A stretch of 64,000 bases of DNA from positions 30,168 through 94,167 of the forward strand of contig JABSOS010000011.1 in NCBI GenBank assembly GCA_013216135.1, read 5' to 3'. Shown here piece after piece: positions 46,219-55,315 of the stretch. The notes beneath the pieces are model-generated. The model ran no database searches. It was not told where the DNA came from and saw only the letters and a list, made by a program, of their open reading frames with translations. The position numbers and the translations under genes are program-made. Numbering within the stretch: the first letter of the stretch is position 1; every line of letters starts with the position of its first letter. This stretch comes from Candidatus Caenarcanales bacterium (GTDB taxonomy: Bacteria; Cyanobacteriota; Vampirovibrionia; LMEP-6097).

Positions 46219-48507
46219 TTACCCAATAGCAGCTTGTTGTTGCTGTAATTCAGCATTTAAAGTATCTAGTTGTGAATACTGCCTGATTAATCTTTCTTCA
46301 AATGATGAAATATTTTCTTCTGCTCTAAAGATTTGGTCATCTAAATCTCGAATTCTTCTACTTAAAGTGTCATCTAATGTGTTGAAAATTGCATCAGTAC
46401 CTGAGACATAAGTCGCTAAGAATTCATCTAATTGTACAAAAAGTCCTTGAGAGCCATCTGAAAATGTAGGTATTTCACTATCTGTCTTTCCGAAGAAAAG
46501 TGTATTGAGTGCACTAGGATCAGCTGCTAAGGCTTCAGAGAATAAGTTTGTGGTAATGGTATAACCTGAAAACTCATCGTTAACAAGATTACTCTTTAAA
46601 CCTATTTCAATTGCTGATTTGTACGCCTCAGGGTTAGAATTATCGAATACTGAAGTTAAGATTCTTTTGATTCCTTGCTCTAAACCTCTTGCTACGATTA
46701 AATCAGATCTTCTAGTATCTGAAATAATACTATTAACCTCATTTAAAACAGCGTCAATCCTACTCTTATACTGACTACTATCTTCAATGATTGAGACTCT
46801 AATAGGGTCAGTCGTAGTTTCTTTTAATGAAAGGGTTACCCCATCTATAATTCCCCCGACACTATTATTGTTACTAACCATGGTCTGTCCACCATTTAGT
46901 GTTGAGATCTGAAATTCGGCATTATCACCTAATGTTTCATTGGTGATACCTAGTATCGTTTCAATATTACTGTCGGTTGAGGTTATTGGAATTGTTAAAG
47001 CACCTGTTCTTGTGTTTGTTAATTTGAAAATTCCACTTAACTCATCGTAGTTTGCTTTCACGTTAGTTGCACTAGTATTGTTTATTCGCCTTACGATGTC
47101 ATCTATTGTATCCACTGCTGGATCAAAGGTGATTTCATGTCCATTTATAGAGACATTTGTTCCTGTTATCCCAAGTGCATCCAAAGTATCTGTTTCTCTA
47201 GGGGTCGATATATTCTGAATTCCTACTACGGTTCCAGTATTAATAAAAGCATTGTTTAGACCAAGTACTGATAGAAGTGTGCTGGTATCTCCAGCTGAGC
47301 CCATATTGTTTACACCATCAAGCTGAACTTGTCCATTAACAAGGCTTGCCGTTACTCCAGTAAAGTTATTTGTGAAAAAATCTAAAATAGTTTGAACTGT
47401 AGTGGTAGAACCTAATGTCTCATCTGTTAAATCAAAATTTGTAACTATGTTACTGTCAGCAGAGCTGACGGAAATAGATGTTGCTCCAATATTACTATTT
47501 GTTAATGAAAATTTACCGGTAGCACTATCATAGGCAGCTGTCACATTAAGTCCACTTGTATTATTGATGGTATCAATTAATGAATCAATAGTATCTGTTG
47601 CTGGATCAAAAGTAATATCAGTACCATTTATTGTAAGTAATGTACCTGTGATTCCCATGCTATCAAGTGTGTCTGTTGATCTAGGAATAGAAAGGTCACG
47701 ACTTCCAATTGCGACATTGGTTCCAGTATCAATGGTCTCTGTGGTTAAACCTACTGCAGCTAGTAGGTCACTGGTATCAGCTGCATCTCCTAAAGATGTA
47801 ATCCCTGTAAGTTCAATGTTGCCATTTACTAAAGAAGCACCTACTCCTGCAAAATTACTTGTAAAAAAATCTAAAACTGATTGAACATCTGTTAAGCCAG
47901 AGACTGATGCACTGGTTCCGTTTACTGTTACAGTTCCATCTGTTATTGATGTCACTCCATCTAAATTGACATCTGCAAGTAAGCTACTTGTTGTAATGCC
48001 ATTACTTAATTGACTTGCTGTTTGTAATACTGTTCTTGTTTCAGTAAGATCTGGAAGGGTTATAGTCTCATTGTTTATTGTTACTGTCCCATATTCTAAC
48101 CTTCCTCTCAAGTTTGCTTCTGAAATGCTACTAGCTGTGGTAAGTCCACTATCTATATAATTAGCTGATTGTTTTATTGTCTCTGTTGCAAGCCTGAGAA
48201 TATTTAAGTCAAAGTTTTGAGGTGTTGCAGTTCCAAAAATCCTGATATCAGCTTTATCTGTATCAGATACTACACCAGAGTTTGATATTAATGAGTTTAC
48301 TCCTTCTGTTACATCAGCAATATCAAGAGCACCTTTTAAAACATTAACTTTACTTTCAAGAGAACCAAGATCACCTTGTTCGAGTCTCAGGTCTCTTTGT
48401 TTTTGTTCCAAAGGAACGATTCTACTTTGTGTTTCAAGCTGAACTAACTGCGAGACCAAGGCATTGGAATCAAAAGAAGAGTTCAAACCTAGAAAACTTA
48501 CACTCAT
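46219..48507 (-). CDS. fliD: Flagellar filament cap protein with internal duplication
   Basis: N-terminal SFLGLNSSFDSNALVSQLV. C-terminal SNNSV.GIIDGVTLSL and ERLIRQYSQLD. Confidence 0.9.
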   Translation of the reverse strand: MSVSFLGLNSSFDSNALVSQLVQLETQSRIVPLEQKQRDLRLEQGDLGSLESKVNVLKGALDIADVTEGVNSLISNSGVVSDTDKADIRIFGTATPQNFDLNILRLATETIKQSANYIDSGLTTASSISEANLRGRLEYGTVTINNETITLPDLTETRTVLQTASQLSNGITTSSLLADVNLDGVTSITDGTVTVNGTSASVSGLTDVQSVLDFFTSNFAGVGASLVNGNIELTGITSLGDAADTSDLLAAVGLTTETIDTGTNVAIGSRDLSIPRSTDTLDSMGITGTLLTINGTDITFDPATDTIDSLIDTINNTSGLNVTAAYDSATGKFSLTNSNIGATSISVSSADSNIVTNFDLTDETLGSTTTVQTILDFFTNNFTGVTASLVNGQVQLDGVNNMGSAGDTSTLLSVLGLNNAFINTGTVVGIQNISTPRETDTLDALGITGTNVSINGHEITFDPAVDTIDDIVRRINNTSATNVKANYDELSGIFKLTNTRTGALTIPITSTDSNIETILGITNETLGDNAEFQISTLNGGQTMVSNNNSVGGIIDGVTLSLKETTTDPIRVSIIEDSSQYKSRIDAVLNEVNSIISDTRRSDLIVARGLEQGIKRILTSVFDNSNPEAYKSAIEIGLKSNLVNDEFSGYTITTNLFSEALAADPSALNTLFFGKTDSEIPTFSDGSQGLFVQLDEFLATYVSGTDAIFNTLDDTLSRRIRDLDDQIFRAEENISSFEERLIRQYSQLDTLNAELQQQQAAIG

Positions 48508-48612
48508 ATACTATTCTTATTTATCCAAGATCTTAAGTGTTCTAAATAGATAAAACTATTGTTTTTATTAGTAAAAGCTAAGTTGTATGTATGATTTGTT
48601 ATAATGCAATGC

Positions 48613-49290
48613 ATGCATGTCGGGGTCATTATGGACGGTAATAGGAGATGGGCGAAAGCCCAAGGTAAAGCCAGTCCTGATGGTCATAAAGCAGGTGTTT
48701 TAGCCTTAAGGAAATTAATTAAAGCTTCTATCGAAAGAGGTATAGATTTCTTGACGGTTTATGCTTTTTCTTCAGAAAATTGGAAACGCTCAAAGACTGA
48801 GCTTGACTTTTTATTTACTTTACTGAAGGAATCTGCTCAAAAAGAGCTGAATAATTTAAAAGATCAGGGTGTCCGTGTTAAATTTATCGGGGATTTATCG
48901 GTTTTTAAGAATACAAAAATGGGTGAAGCCCTTGAACAGTTAGAACTAGAGACTGAAATGAATACTAAGCTAAACTTGAATGTTGCATTGAACTATGGCT
49001 CTTTTGCCGAATTGAAGCATAGTGCAGAAGCTATCTTAAATGATTTAGATTTAGATCAAATAATTAACTTGAATGAAGATGTCTTCTCTCAGTATTTATA
49101 TACAAGTGAAAGTCCGCAGATAGATTTAGTAATACGTACCGGTGGCAAGCAGAGGCTTAGTAACTTTATGTTATGGCAGGCTTCTCAAGCTCAGCTTTAT
49201 TTTACTGATATGTATTGGCCTGATTTTAATGAAGAAATATTTGATCAAGCCTTATCTACTTCAGGACTCAAGGAAGTTTGTATAAGATAA
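48613..49290 (+). CDS. uppS: Undecaprenyl diphosphate synthase (cis-prenyltransferase)
   Basis: HVGVIMDGNRRWA, YAFSSENWKR, IRTGG.QRLSNFMLWQ. Start placed 7 nt after tgtTATAAT. Confidence 0.92.
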   Translation: MHVGVIMDGNRRWAKAQGKASPDGHKAGVLALRKLIKASIERGIDFLTVYAFSSENWKRSKTELDFLFTLLKESAQKELNNLKDQGVRVKFIGDLSVFKNTKMGEALEQLELETEMNTKLNLNVALNYGSFAELKHSAEAILNDLDLDQIINLNEDVFSQYLYTSESPQIDLVIRTGGKQRLSNFMLWQASQAQLYFTDMYWPDFNEEIFDQALSTSGLKEVCIR

Positions 49291-49353
49291 TTACTTTCAT
49301 TTGCTATTTTAGGTTAGTTTAGTAAAAACTTTGGTTATATTATAGGTAGAGCT

Positions 49354-50475
49354 ATGCAAGTTAGACCTGATATTAATATCAATACCCGTTTTTACCGCGA
49401 TGCTTGGTTAGAGATTAATCTCGATAATTTAGAAGATAATTTAAAGACTATTCATCAGCAGTGTCGAAAGCCTTTGATTTTAGTATTGAAAGCTGATGCT
49501 TATGGTCATGGAGCAGGTGTTATAGCAAATATGTTAGATTCTTATGATTTTGTAGATTCTTATGCTGTAGCAAATATTGATGAAGCTTTAAATTTAAGAC
49601 AGTCTACTAACAAACGAATCATGGTTTTAGGTATTACTCCAGAGTGGTCCTATGGAGTAGCTTTAGAAAAAGATATTGAACTTACGGTTTGTGATTTAGC
49701 ATCAGCTGAAAAACTTCAAAAGATGGCAGCTGATATGGAAAAAGTAGCCAAGGTTCACCTGAAGCTCGATACTGGAATGAATCGAATTGGCTTTAAAAAG
49801 GATAAGCCAGAAGAGTTTAAAGACATAGTTAGAAAGATAGATATACTTTTTAATTTGAAAATTCAAAGTATTTACTCACATTACTCTAACGCTGAAGATC
49901 ACCCTACTTGTGCTGCTCAGACTAGTAAATTTGTTAATTTCACAGAAGATTTGAATTTTCCAAGACATATTGCAAGCAGCAGAGCTGCTCGTATGATTAA
50001 TCAGGAGCCCTTTGACTTTGTTAGAGTTGGTATTGAGTTGTTTGGTCTAGATAACCCTATTTTAAAGCCAGTTATGTCAATGTTTGCAAGGGTTGTTTTC
50101 TTAAAGACTATAGTTCCAGGAGAAGCTGTTAGTTATCAATCACTATGGCGTACTAAAAGAACTACTAAGATTATCACCCTTCCTTTAGGCTATGCTGACG
50201 GTATTCCTAGATCTCTCTCTGGGAAAATAAAGGGTTATTGTAAGGAAAACTTTCATAAGCAAGTTGGATTGATTACGATGGATCAGTTGATGATGGACAT
50301 CGGTGATACCGAAGATGTTAAAGTTGGTGATCAAGTAGAGCTTATAGGTCCGCATCTTCCTTTAAGGGAATGGTCAAAAGCAGCAAATATGATTAGTTAT
50401 GAACTTGTCACTTCTATGAATCTTAGATTACCTAAAGTGTATGCACGTAATGCTGAAAATGCTAATCAATTTTAA
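49354..50475 (+). CDS. alr: Alanine racemase
   Basis: KADAYGHG, HLKLDTGMNRIG, GYADG, MDQ. Confidence 0.95.
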   Translation: MQVRPDININTRFYRDAWLEINLDNLEDNLKTIHQQCRKPLILVLKADAYGHGAGVIANMLDSYDFVDSYAVANIDEALNLRQSTNKRIMVLGITPEWSYGVALEKDIELTVCDLASAEKLQKMAADMEKVAKVHLKLDTGMNRIGFKKDKPEEFKDIVRKIDILFNLKIQSIYSHYSNAEDHPTCAAQTSKFVNFTEDLNFPRHIASSRAARMINQEPFDFVRVGIELFGLDNPILKPVMSMFARVVFLKTIVPGEAVSYQSLWRTKRTTKIITLPLGYADGIPRSLSGKIKGYCKENFHKQVGLITMDQLMMDIGDTEDVKVGDQVELIGPHLPLREWSKAANMISYELVTSMNLRLPKVYARNAENANQF

Positions 50476-50600
50476 AAATTACTAGTAACTTAATTGCTAA
50501 AGTCGTAAAAAATATTTTTTGACAATAAATTTCAATTTTTTTTCAATTATTATAGTTCTCTTAACCTAAGCATAATCTTGATATGGACTAATCTACTTGT

Positions 50601-51071
50601 ATGACAGGAATCAATCCTAATTTTAATAATTATGGTAACAATGGTGTAAGTCCTGTTAGAGCTAACCCTACAGGTGCTCCATCTACTGAAGTAGAAACTA
50701 GTGATGTGAAGACTGCTCAAAGTAGAGTAGCTCAATTGAAAGAAGGCATAGAAGGTTCTAATACTTTAGGAACTGTAGGTGTCGAAGGCGCTGGTGTTGC
50801 TGGTAATGTTGTTAAAACAGAAAATACTAGTCAGCCGGTACAAGTTGCAACTACTCCAGCTGCAAGTTTAAAGGCTGCATTAGATGCAAATGATGTTTTC
50901 AACGAAATAGCTTCTACTGAGGATAATTTTGAAACTAACTTTGCTAACCAATCATTAATTCTTGCAGCAAATAGAGCAAATCCAGAAACTTTAGGTGTAG
51001 AAGATGTCTTAGAATCTGGTGCTGAAGTTGCTGATGCAAATTCACTGTTATTTGAAGCAGCTTTAGTTTAA
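50601..51071 (+). CDS. Low-complexity orphan protein
   Basis: 156 aa, N/T/A-rich. Confidence 0.6.
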   Translation: MTGINPNFNNYGNNGVSPVRANPTGAPSTEVETSDVKTAQSRVAQLKEGIEGSNTLGTVGVEGAGVAGNVVKTENTSQPVQVATTPAASLKAALDANDVFNEIASTEDNFETNFANQSLILAANRANPETLGVEDVLESGAEVADANSLLFEAALV

Positions 51072-51142
51072 TAAAAATTTTTGAATGAAGAGAGTGAAAA
51101 TTAAATATAAAAGTGTGAGTCTATCATAGACAAATACTAGGA

Positions 51143-51604
51143 GTGCAAATGGTAGTAAATAGGTTTGATAATCCGTTTAAGGATATCAAGAATACGTTTA
51201 AATTTAATTTTAATTCACAGGCACAGCCTGTTAGTGGCTCAGAGCCAGAGTCAAAGACTCAATCTCAAGTTTCTCGAGAAGAAGATTCAAAGCCAGATTC
51301 GTTTGGTGGGAGAATCGGCTCAGCCTCTCAGCAGATTTTCTCAAGTCTAAAACCAGGTATTAATTCTAATGAAAACTCAGTTAAGGTAAGACCTCCACAA
51401 CCACACAACCTTAACTTAGTTTCGAATTCAGAGAACATAGGTAGCAATATTTCTGAGGATATTGCTATCTATAACTCTGGTATTGAAAATGAATCTTTAG
51501 CTTTAGTAGATGCAGCTAATTTGAACTATGATAGTAGTTCAGCTCTTGGAGCTGATAACGGTTCAATTTATGCTAATAACGGAAAAATACTTGCAGCGGC
51601 TTAA
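51143..51604 (+). CDS. Low-complexity orphan protein
   Basis: 153 aa, S/N-rich. SD AGGAG suggests a start at the ATG at 51149. Confidence 0.6.
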   Translation: MQMVVNRFDNPFKDIKNTFKFNFNSQAQPVSGSEPESKTQSQVSREEDSKPDSFGGRIGSASQQIFSSLKPGINSNENSVKVRPPQPHNLNLVSNSENIGSNISEDIAIYNSGIENESLALVDAANLNYDSSSALGADNGSIYANNGKILAAA

Positions 51605-51927
51605 TTTTTTTCAAAGAATAATTTTCTGACAAGTGAGTTTAGGATAAGGCATTTTTCAATGGCTTCTTTACCGGTGTAGATTCTTTTATCAGAAACTGAA
51701 TTAATATAGCTTTCATCTAAGGCTTCAAAATCATCGTCTACTTCAAAGTCTATGACAAGAACTAGCGAGTTTTTTAGTTGCTTGCTTTCAAGGGCGGCAT
51801 AGCCTTCTTTAACATCTTTGCTTTTTATAATGGAGACATAGTCTCCAACTAAAATTGATATTAAAAAAGCCCAAAGCCTTAATTTAAGGCTTTGGGCGTC
51901 ATAGATTAGATTGTAGCTGTAATCCAT
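51601..51927 (-). CDS. DCC1/DUF393-like protein lacking the CxxC motif
   Basis: LIYD..., SLVLV and RIYTGKEAI resemble the DCC family, but the CxxC position reads AQSLKL. Confidence 0.45.
   Translation of the reverse strand: MDYSYNLIYDAQSLKLRLWAFLISILVGDYVSIIKSKDVKEGYAALESKQLKNSLVLVIDFEVDDDFEALDESYINSVSDKRIYTGKEAIEKCLILNSLVRKLFFEKN
51863..51897 (-). terminator. Intrinsic terminator after pyk, inside the 51601-51927 ORF
   Basis: Perfect 13-bp stem GCCCAAAGCCTTA/TAAGGCTTTGGGC followed by U6 on the - strand. Confidence 0.8.
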
Positions 51928-51942
51928 ATCTGATTAATTTGC

Positions 51943-53517
51943 TTAGTGTAAAGCAGGATCAGGCTTTTTTATAGTTGGTCCTAATTTTTTGTCGCTAAGT
52001 TCTTTACTAATCTGTTTTAGCTCTTTAATTGAACCGTCACATTTATGTAGCTTAACGAAGTTAGATGGTCCTCTAGCAGCGATAGGTAAACCACCTGTTA
52101 CTACTACAGTTTCACCTTCTTCTACTAAGCCTTGTGCTACTAAGTATCTTTCAAGGTTATAGATAGTTTCAGTGGTTTGTTGAACTTCATCGAAGTGTAC
52201 TGGAATTACACCCCAAACGATAGATAAGTAGTTATAAGTATGCTCATAAGTTGTAGCTGCGATAACTTTAGCTTCTGGTCTAAGTTTAGAGATCATAGTT
52301 GCACTCTTACCTGAACAAGTGAATACTAAAATTTTATCTACATGCTTAAGCTTAGATAAGCTTTCTACTGATTGAGCTATAGCTAAATGATTGATTTCAT
52401 CAACACTTGCAGACTCAAAAGATTTAAGGTTACGTTTTTCAATTTTAATTTCACCGTTAGTTTCTACTTCAAGTGCAATTTTAGCCATCTGTGAAACAGT
52501 TTCAGTAGGGTAAGATCCCATAGCTGTTTCATTTGAAAGCATAACTGCGTCAGTCCCGTCTAAGATTGCGTTTGCTACATCGGAAACTTCTGCTCTAGTT
52601 GGGAATGGTTTACTAACCATAGAATCCATCATCTGCGTAGCAGTGATAACAAACTTTTTCTTGAAGTTAGCTTTGCTGATGATTTCTTTTTGGATCATAG
52701 GTACTTTTTGAGGTTCAAGCTCTACACCTAGGTCTCCTCTAGCAACCATTACCCCGTCAACTACATCAAGAATTTCATCTAATTTTTCCACAGCTTGCGG
52801 CTTCTCAATTTTAGCGATAACTTTGATTGGAAGTTCATCTACGTTACACTCATTGATAAGTTGTTTTAATTCGATGATATCAGCAGCAGTTTTAACGAAA
52901 GACAAAGCGATAAATTCAGCTGAGTTTCTTACAGCTTCTACGATATCTTCTTTGTCTTTATCAGTGATAGATGCTAAGTTTTTCTGATCAGATTCAGGAA
53001 GGTTAACACCTTTATTAGACTTAACTACGCCACCGAAGATAACTTTAGCTTCCACTTCAGTTTCTCTAACTTTAGTAGCTTCAAGTCTGATAACTCCATC
53101 GTCGATTAATATAGCTTGATTAGCTTCGACATCTTTCGTTAATTCTGGGTAGTTTCTTACAAAGATTTTTTTAATTGGTGCATCATTTCTGTAATCAGAA
53201 TCTGTTTTAATAGTCGTAAGGATGATGTTTTCACCATTTTCAATTTTTACACCTTCTTCAGGAAGCGTTCCAGTACGGATTTTAGGACCTTGAAGATCTA
53301 CTAGGATACCTACTGGTCTATCTAATTCTAGAGCAGCTGCTCTTACTTTTTTTAATCTTTCAACTCTTGTGTCCCAGTCACCATGTGAACAGTTTAATCT
53401 AGCAACACTTAAACCTGCTTCGATTAAGTCTTTAATTCCCTCTTCACTTTCTGTAGCGGGTCCTAGAGTAGCAACAATTTTAGTTTTTGGTAGTTTTTGT
53501 ATTTCTTTATTTGACAT
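51943..53517 (-). CDS. pyk: Pyruvate kinase
   Basis: TKIVATLGP, DLQGPKIR, AKIEK, MVARGDLG, TQMMDSM, MLSNET. Confidence 0.97.
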   Translation of the reverse strand: MSNKEIQKLPKTKIVATLGPATESEEGIKDLIEAGLSVARLNCSHGDWDTRVERLKKVRAAALELDRPVGILVDLQGPKIRTGTLPEEGVKIENGENIILTTIKTDSDYRNDAPIKKIFVRNYPELTKDVEANQAILIDDGVIRLEATKVRETEVEAKVIFGGVVKSNKGVNLPESDQKNLASITDKDKEDIVEAVRNSAEFIALSFVKTAADIIELKQLINECNVDELPIKVIAKIEKPQAVEKLDEILDVVDGVMVARGDLGVELEPQKVPMIQKEIISKANFKKKFVITATQMMDSMVSKPFPTRAEVSDVANAILDGTDAVMLSNETAMGSYPTETVSQMAKIALEVETNGEIKIEKRNLKSFESASVDEINHLAIAQSVESLSKLKHVDKILVFTCSGKSATMISKLRPEAKVIAATTYEHTYNYLSIVWGVIPVHFDEVQQTTETIYNLERYLVAQGLVEEGETVVVTGGLPIAARGPSNFVKLHKCDGSIKELKQISKELSDKKLGPTIKKPDPALH

Positions 53518-54586
53518 ATGATATTTTCCCTAGAATTACTTCCTTTTTAGCTCCGGTGGAACTTGGAACGTTATTCGGGATCTTATTATAGCTTGTAAAG
53601 GCTAGTAGAGAAAATAAAATTGCTTCTTTATACTGACTTTTAATTCCAGTTTCATCATGATTTATAAATTTAAACTGCGGGTTATCTTGAGAAAGTTTCT
53701 CCATGATGAATTTATTTTTAATACCACCTCCAGAGATAAAGACTTTGTCTATATTGAACTTTCGCAACTCCTGGCTGATAGTTCTAACTGTTAAATAACT
53801 TACTGAAGCAAGTATGTTTTGGGTATTACCTAAGTCTAAAAATTTGTCTGCGTATTTATGATTAAATAATTCTCTACCTGTAGATTTAGGTGGAGCTTCT
53901 TTGAAATATTCAGTGGAATCGATTATCGAATCAATAAATTTTTCATTAATTCGCCCTTTAAAAGCTATTTCACCATCTTGATCAAAATTTTTATTGAAAA
54001 GCTTTTGGCAGAGGTTATCGATAAGAGTATTTCCAGGACCAGTGTCATAAGCTACAGTAGCTTTACCTTCTTCTAGGATTGTTATATTTGCTATGCCGCC
54101 AATATTAAGTGTGGCAAGATTTTCACCTGGTTTGCGTAATAATTTTTCATCTAAAAAACTAATTAATGGTGCGCCACAGCCGCCCTGTGCCATATCTGCA
54201 GGTCTAAAGTCAGATACTGTATCGATACCTGTGATATTTGCGATTATCGAGCCATCGCAAAGTTGCCAAGTGCTTTTTTGACCATGGAATATAGTTTGTC
54301 CATGAACTCCTATTAAATCGATTTGTACAGAATGTTTATCTTTAAATTCATTTACTATTTCAGCTAAAAATCTACTAAAAGCAAAATTCAAATCAGAAAC
54401 TTCATCAAAACAAGCATTCTGTTTATTAATAATTTTTTCAAACTCTTTTCTTAATTCAGGTTCAAAGCTAAAGCTATCTTCGATTTTAACTTCGTAATCT
54501 TGAAGACCACTCGGATCACGCCATTCTACTAAGGCTAAATCTACAGCATCGACTGAGGTTCCTGTATTAATTCCAAGTACAAACAT
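53507..54586 (-). CDS. anmK: Anhydro-N-acetylmuramic acid kinase
   Basis: GTSVDAVD, HGQT, DFRPADMA.GG.GAPL, NIGGIAN, PPKSTGRELF, KEA. Confidence 0.95.
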   Translation of the reverse strand: MFVLGINTGTSVDAVDLALVEWRDPSGLQDYEVKIEDSFSFEPELRKEFEKIINKQNACFDEVSDLNFAFSRFLAEIVNEFKDKHSVQIDLIGVHGQTIFHGQKSTWQLCDGSIIANITGIDTVSDFRPADMAQGGCGAPLISFLDEKLLRKPGENLATLNIGGIANITILEEGKATVAYDTGPGNTLIDNLCQKLFNKNFDQDGEIAFKGRINEKFIDSIIDSTEYFKEAPPKSTGRELFNHKYADKFLDLGNTQNILASVSYLTVRTISQELRKFNIDKVFISGGGIKNKFIMEKLSQDNPQFKFINHDETGIKSQYKEAILFSLLAFTSYNKIPNNVPSSTGAKKEVILGKISYVK

Positions 54587-55182
54587 TAGCTAACCATTAT
54601 AAAGTTTTCAAGAAGCTTATGTCCATATTCAGAGAGAATTGATTCAGGGTGATATTGAACACCGAAAAGATTTTTGATGTCTTTATGTGCAACAGCCATT
54701 ATTACACCATCTGAAGTTTCTGCTGTGATTTCTAAATCAGTACCTTCTGTTGAGTTTCTGTCTATGACAAGAGAATGGTAACGAGTTGCGCTAAATTTAT
54801 TAGGAATTTCATCGAATAATTCAATCTTTTTACGAACAATTACTTCGCTTACTTTACCATGCATTAGGTAAGGAGCTTTAGTAATTTTTGCGCCATAAAT
54901 TTCACCAATTGCTTGGTGTCCTAAGCAAACTCCAAGTATAGGAATCTTACCAGCGAAGAGTTTAATCGCAGAAATACTTAATTTAGCGTCGATAGGTTTT
55001 CCTGGACCAGGAGAGACTAGGATGTGGCTTATGCCATTTTCATTTATGAAGTCAGCTAATGAGTCTTCTGGGATTTCATCATTGCGTATTACTAAAGTCT
55101 CTGCACCAATTTCATTTAAATACTGCACCAGATTATAGGTAAAACTATCGTAATTATCAATAACTAGTACTTTTTTAGACAT
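54586..55182 (-). CDS. trpG: Anthranilate/para-aminobenzoate synthase glutamine amidotransferase subunit
   Basis: IDNYDSFTYNL, SPGPG, GVCLGHQ, RYHSL, QYHPES. TrpG and PabA cannot be distinguished from sequence alone. Confidence 0.9.
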   Translation of the reverse strand: MSKKVLVIDNYDSFTYNLVQYLNEIGAETLVIRNDEIPEDSLADFINENGISHILVSPGPGKPIDAKLSISAIKLFAGKIPILGVCLGHQAIGEIYGAKITKAPYLMHGKVSEVIVRKKIELFDEIPNKFSATRYHSLVIDRNSTEGTDLEITAETSDGVIMAVAHKDIKNLFGVQYHPESILSEYGHKLLENFIMVS

Positions 55183-55315
55183 TCAGGGGTTCCTTAACTT
55201 AAGTATAACTATTATATGATACATAGCTTATGTAGCTTTATAAAAGAAATTTATAAAGGGTGTGAAAGTGGAAGATAAAAAAGACTTAAATGAAGAGAGA
55301 AAAAGGGACAAATAA

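Noticed and set aside
48508-48600. Sigma28 promoter for fliD
   Set aside because: No convincing TAAA-N15-GCCGATAA match was found.
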